Shown in pieces: positions 59,860-64,000 of a DNA stretch of 64,000 nucleotides. The notes beneath the pieces are model-generated. The model worked only from the letters and a program-made list of their open reading frames with translations, was not told where the DNA came from and did no database searches. The position numbers and the translations under genes were made by a program. Origin of the DNA: Cetorhinus maximus (taxonomy: Eukaryota); contig NC_135900.1 of the NCBI RefSeq assembly GCF_964194155.1, forward strand, positions 26,784,001 to 26,848,000. Direction: 5' to 3'. Numbering within the stretch: position 1 is the stretch's first letter; each line of letters begins with the position of its first letter.

Positions 59860-60440
59860 AAGAAATTGGCATTTATTACTAAAGGAATAGAGTATAAAAA
59901 TAGGGAAGTGTTGTTGCAACTGTACAAGGCATAGACGAGACTGCACCTGGAGGTACTGTGCACAGTTTTGGTCCCCTTACTTGAGATGCAGGGCTTGTTT
60001 TATGAGGAGAGATTGTGCAGTTTAGGCCGATGTTCGCTGGAGATTAGAAGGATGAGAGGAGATCTAATTGAGGAATATAAGGTGCGAAAGGGGATAGGCA
60101 AAGTAGAGGTGGAGCAGATGTTTCCCCTTGTGGGGCATTCTAGAACGAGAGGCCATAGTTTTAGGCTAAGGGGTGGTAGATTTAAATCAGAGATGAGGAG
60201 GAATTACTTTTCACAAAGGGTCGTGAATATGTGGAATTCACTACCTCAGAGTGCAATGGATGCCGAATAAATTTAAGGAGGAGATAGACAGATTTTTAAT
60301 TAGTAACGGGTTGAAAGGTTATGGGGAGAGGGCAGGAAATTGGAGTTGAGGCAGAAATGAGATCAGCCATGATCGTATCGAATGGCGGGGCAGGCTCAAG
60401 GGGCTGAATTGCCTACTCCTGATCCTAGCTCTTATGTTCT
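59860..60440 (+). mobile_element. CR1 LINE 3' fragment
   Basis: YEERL..RRMRGDLIE..MFPLVGHSRTRGH..RVVNMWNSLP; CR1 3' UTR. Confidence 0.85.
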
Positions 60441-60529
60441 AAAGCTGCCGGCAAAGATCTTGCAAGTCCGGGGGATATTCGGTTTGAATCTAGTGCCAAG
60501 TCCGGGGATATTTGGGTGCCTAGCGATAG

Positions 60530-61350
60530 TGAAGTCATAAAGTTAGTATGCAGGTACAACAGGTAATTAGGAAGGCAAATGGAATGTAGGTGTTTATTGC
60601 AAGGGGAATGGAATATAAAAGAGGGAAGATTTACTGCAGCTGTACAGGACATTGGTGAGACCACACCTGGAATACTGTGTATAGTTGTGGTCTCATTTGA
60701 AAAAAGGTATAATTGCGTTAGAAGCAGGACAGAGAAAGTTCACTCGACTCACTCCTGGGACGAAGGGCTTAACCCATGAAGAAAGGTTGAATAGTTTGTG
60801 CTTATATCCATTGGAGTTTAGAAGGATGAGAGGAGATCTTTTAGAAACATATAGGGTGGAATTTTATGGCCCCTCCCGTTGGTGGGGTTTTCTGGTCCCG
60901 CCCAAGTCAATGGACTTTTGAATAGCTCGCTGCATTTTCCAGTCCTGTCCCCGCCGCGACAGGACTGTAAAATTACACCTACAGGATCCTGAGGGAACTT
61001 GATAGGTGGATACAGGAAGGATATTTTCACTTGTGGGGGAGACAAGAACTAGGGGATACAGTTTAAGAATAAGAGATCTCCATTTTAAGACTGAGATGAG
61101 CAGAAATTTCTTCTGTGTGTCATTAGTACGTGGAATTCTCTTCCCCAGAAAGCAATGGAGGCTGGGTCATTGAATTTATTCAAGGCAGAGTTAGACAGAT
61201 TCTTGATAGATAAGGGAGTCAAGGGTTATGGGGGGGCAGACAGGGAAGTGGAGTTAAGATCACAGTCCGATCAGCCATGACATTATCGAATGGTGAAGTG
61301 GGCTCAAAGGGCCGAATGGCCTACTCCTGTTCCTAAGCCCTATGTTCCTA
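60530..61350 (+). mobile_element. CR1 LINE 3' fragment containing a MITE
   Basis: LVRPHLEYC..RRMRGDLLETY..RTRG; 3' end GGCTCAAAGGGCCGAATGGCCTACTCCTG. Confidence 0.85.
60854..60980. mobile_element. PIF/Harbinger-like MITE (127 bp)
   Basis: Imperfect TIRs GGGTGGAATTTTA / TAAAATTACACCT; 3-bp flanks ATA/ACA; interrupts the CR1 reading 'ETY|RIL'. Confidence 0.6.
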
Positions 61351-62934
61351 AAATCTGGGCCATTGTATTGGGACGAACTACTTGAAACTACAGTTATGTC
61401 ACTATACCAAAAGCACAATGGTGTAAATGCTGGAAATCTGAAATGAAAACAGAAAATGCTGGAAACACTCAGCATCTGTGGTTGATGACTTGATGATAAG
61501 TAATTGCAAAACTGAGAAGTGATGAACAAGATCACAAGTTCAATACAGAACAAGACAGATGCAACTGGGGTCGTGCTAGATATCAGGGATAGTTGGAACA
61601 GAGAAAAAAATGAAAACATAATGGGAGCATTAAAACTTGGGGGAAGGGATGCTTTCTGCTCATTTCACCATAGTGCCTATGGGTGAAGAAGATCTATTAA
61701 TTTCTCTTACTTCATCCATCCAGAAAATGCAGTTTTCTTAATCACATCAACATTTAAGACATTAGGAAAGGAATCTTGGGTATTGTTTAAAATTTGCAAT
61801 TTTAGACATTGGATGATGATGGAAACAGATGGTTTTCATTGTAAATATCCTGCTAACTCTGCTAGGGTGTCATGTGAAGGATTTTTTGGAAAGATATGGG
61901 ACAGCTGCCAGTGTCCTTAGAACTATACCTTAGCGTGAGTTAACGGGCTGGAATTACCTCCGTGGGCACAACCAGGAAGTTAGGCCTGAAAATGCATCCG
62001 TTCCTGTGCCCATTCTGCAGATATCAAGTTATACTCAAAATTCCTGTGAATCTCATAAGAATAAGCCTGCATGGAAAATGGACAGAAATCAGCATAAATA
62101 ATCAGGGCCCAAGGAAAATATCAAACTTACATCTTAAATATCCAAAGTATGACAATTGAAAATTTTAACCCATTTAAGCACCATTCATGCATATGAGGCA
62201 CAGTGTGCTTCACAACCTGCAATTTTGAACGTAACTTATATGTGTACCATAAAAATGGATTTAAAGAAACTGAGAATGCCAGTCTCAGTGAGGATATGTT
62301 TAAAAAACAACAATCAGAAACTTTCAATAAAAAAAACAGAAAAATAATACTCCTGCTGCATCTGAAATCCTGATTGTAATTTGAAGAGAACCTCTGACCA
62401 AGCAGAATTGCAAGAAATGTGTATAAGGCCCTGAAACTTGGAGGTAGACCCATTACTATGAATGGAGATATCAATAGACAATTGTAAAAGTTTAAGTATT
62501 GGGCATTTATTAACCTGCTCATGTACCTCAAGCTCAAAATTCTATATTCTTTTGGATCTTGAATAATTCCCAGATTCCACATGTCTCTGGGCGCATATAC
62601 GCAGGAAATTCCACACCAACATTTCCAGGAAAAGAGTGAAAGAGGGAAAAACTTCTTATTTAAAAAAAGCCTTATTTGGACCAACAGGAAACAAGTGATT
62701 GAATATGCAACATGATGAATCCTCTCAAAGCAATCATTTCAGAATTTTAAAATGCTTCTCATTTCCTCAATGTATTCTGTTGAGAAGGTGAACTGTGTGT
62801 TGAAATGTGCGAGAGCGTCATTAGTCGGAAGAGCTGTAAGCGGATTTAAGAGCCGTATTCCTACTTCTTACTGTAAAACCGTTGAAAGTTAGCAGTCAGA
62901 CTTCTCATCCCTGTATTTATCTATCTTTCTCTAG

Positions 62935-63294
62935 TTATGATCAAAGACCTTGATTCCGATTTAACTTACAAGGTGTATGGACGGTTTCATTTTACTGCTC
63001 CGTGGTGGGAAGTGACTGCAAAGATCAAGTATGTCAGGGGGAAATGGTATTTACAGTGTTATCCATCTTACGGTCTGAGGAGTCACCTGGGCCATCAACT
63101 AATTGAAATTTTCAGCCTGTTCCTGACAAAATGTAATGTCCACAATCAACATAAAGAATCCTTCATTAATAATTTGTCTAAGAAGAGTAACCTTGAGTTT
63201 TCAAACTTATTGATGACTTTACAATTGATTGCGGATAAGAAGGGTGGAAAAAAAAGTTTTGCAAAAGACATTATTGCAGCCATAAATAGTTCAG
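62935..63294 (+). CDS. HELB: HELB exon 2
   Basis: Acceptor ctttctctag|; KVYGRFHFTAPWWEV..YPSYGL..SLFLTKCNV..NLEFSNL matches HELB (KVFGRFPITGAWWRV..FPSYFL..ALFLKEC..NLNFENL); donor G|gtaagc; phase fits exon 1; gene continues beyond the window. Confidence 0.9.
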
Positions 63295-64000
63295 GTAAGC
63301 ATGGGTGTCTCTTTTTGGACAATAGATTTTGCTGTTTTGTTGAAAATTGTACATAATCATTAGAGTTCAGTAGCAGAGGATACCTTTGATCACCTGCTGC
63401 CAAGAGTAAAATAAAGGGAAATTAAAGATGCTGTTACTTGCCCTGCTACAGGAGTAAAGCCTTCACTACATCAGATGTGAATATTGATAGAAATATTGAT
63501 CTTTGGGCTCTTTTAGAAAAGTTGTCCAGAAACGTAATACAAGAAGTTGATGAATGATGAACATTTGTGTACAGTTACAGACTATTCTGTCAATCACAGG
63601 ACCTTGAGAAGCATTGTGAAGGCAAAATGGTTGCTTGGAAAATGAAGCATTTTGAATATTTCAAATTCACTAAACAGTTTGTCAAATTACTACTAGTTGA
63701 TTTTCAGAAGCACTCAGATTGTCTAATAAATCAGTTCCAGTGGCAACAATTATAATTTCCTATTGATTTTTTTTTACCAAAGTAAGGATGTTATTACTCA
63801 AATACAAACCAGTCTCTCTGTTTTGTGTGGATTGAGTGACTTTTAGCGTAACAATTTCATCCACAAATTGAAGGTTGACTGAGTGATATATAGTGTACAA
63901 CATCTGCCTGCAGTGTTCAAAAATCAACTTATGGGAGGCTTGCAGTCCTAACTAATCGGTTCATGACTATTTACTAATATGAACTACTATTGGGACTTGA

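Noticed and set aside
59500-59882. C-terminal part of the 194-aa ORF starting at 59298
   Set aside because: Read-through into HELB intron 1 past the donor at 59500; includes repeat-derived sequence

Overview
Vertebrate genomic DNA, most likely a cartilaginous fish (shark); this is inferred from the repeat families (Penelope, CR1, tRNA-derived SINEs), not proven. Three spliced protein-coding genes can be assembled with canonical GT-AG junctions and consistent phases. LLPH is on the minus strand (2 coding exons, 121 aa, probable non-coding first exon near 17.8 kb). TMBIM4/GAAP is on the minus strand (7 exons, 234 aa). HELB is on the plus strand (first two exons only). This is the LLPH-TMBIM4-(IRAK3)-HELB block known from amniotes, but no IRAK3 exons are visible between TMBIM4 and HELB. 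The rest is mostly mobile DNA: three Penelope-like elements with hammerhead-like motifs, several CR1 LINEs, a Gmr1-type Gypsy element, and hAT and Harbinger MITEs. Inserted into the Gypsy is a young endogenous retrovirus (608-bp LTRs about 98% identical, tRNA-Ser PBS, 5-bp TSD). Its interior has no recognisable RT and is a mosaic of gag, integrase and env pieces from apparently several retroviral lineages. Long GC-skewed tandem arrays abut all three gene starts, including a ~2-kb GAGCT/GGGCT pentamer array that resembles an immunoglobulin switch region and ends 40 bp before the HELB ATG. Most long ORFs in the supplied track are artefacts of low-complexity repeats or antisense frames of transposons.
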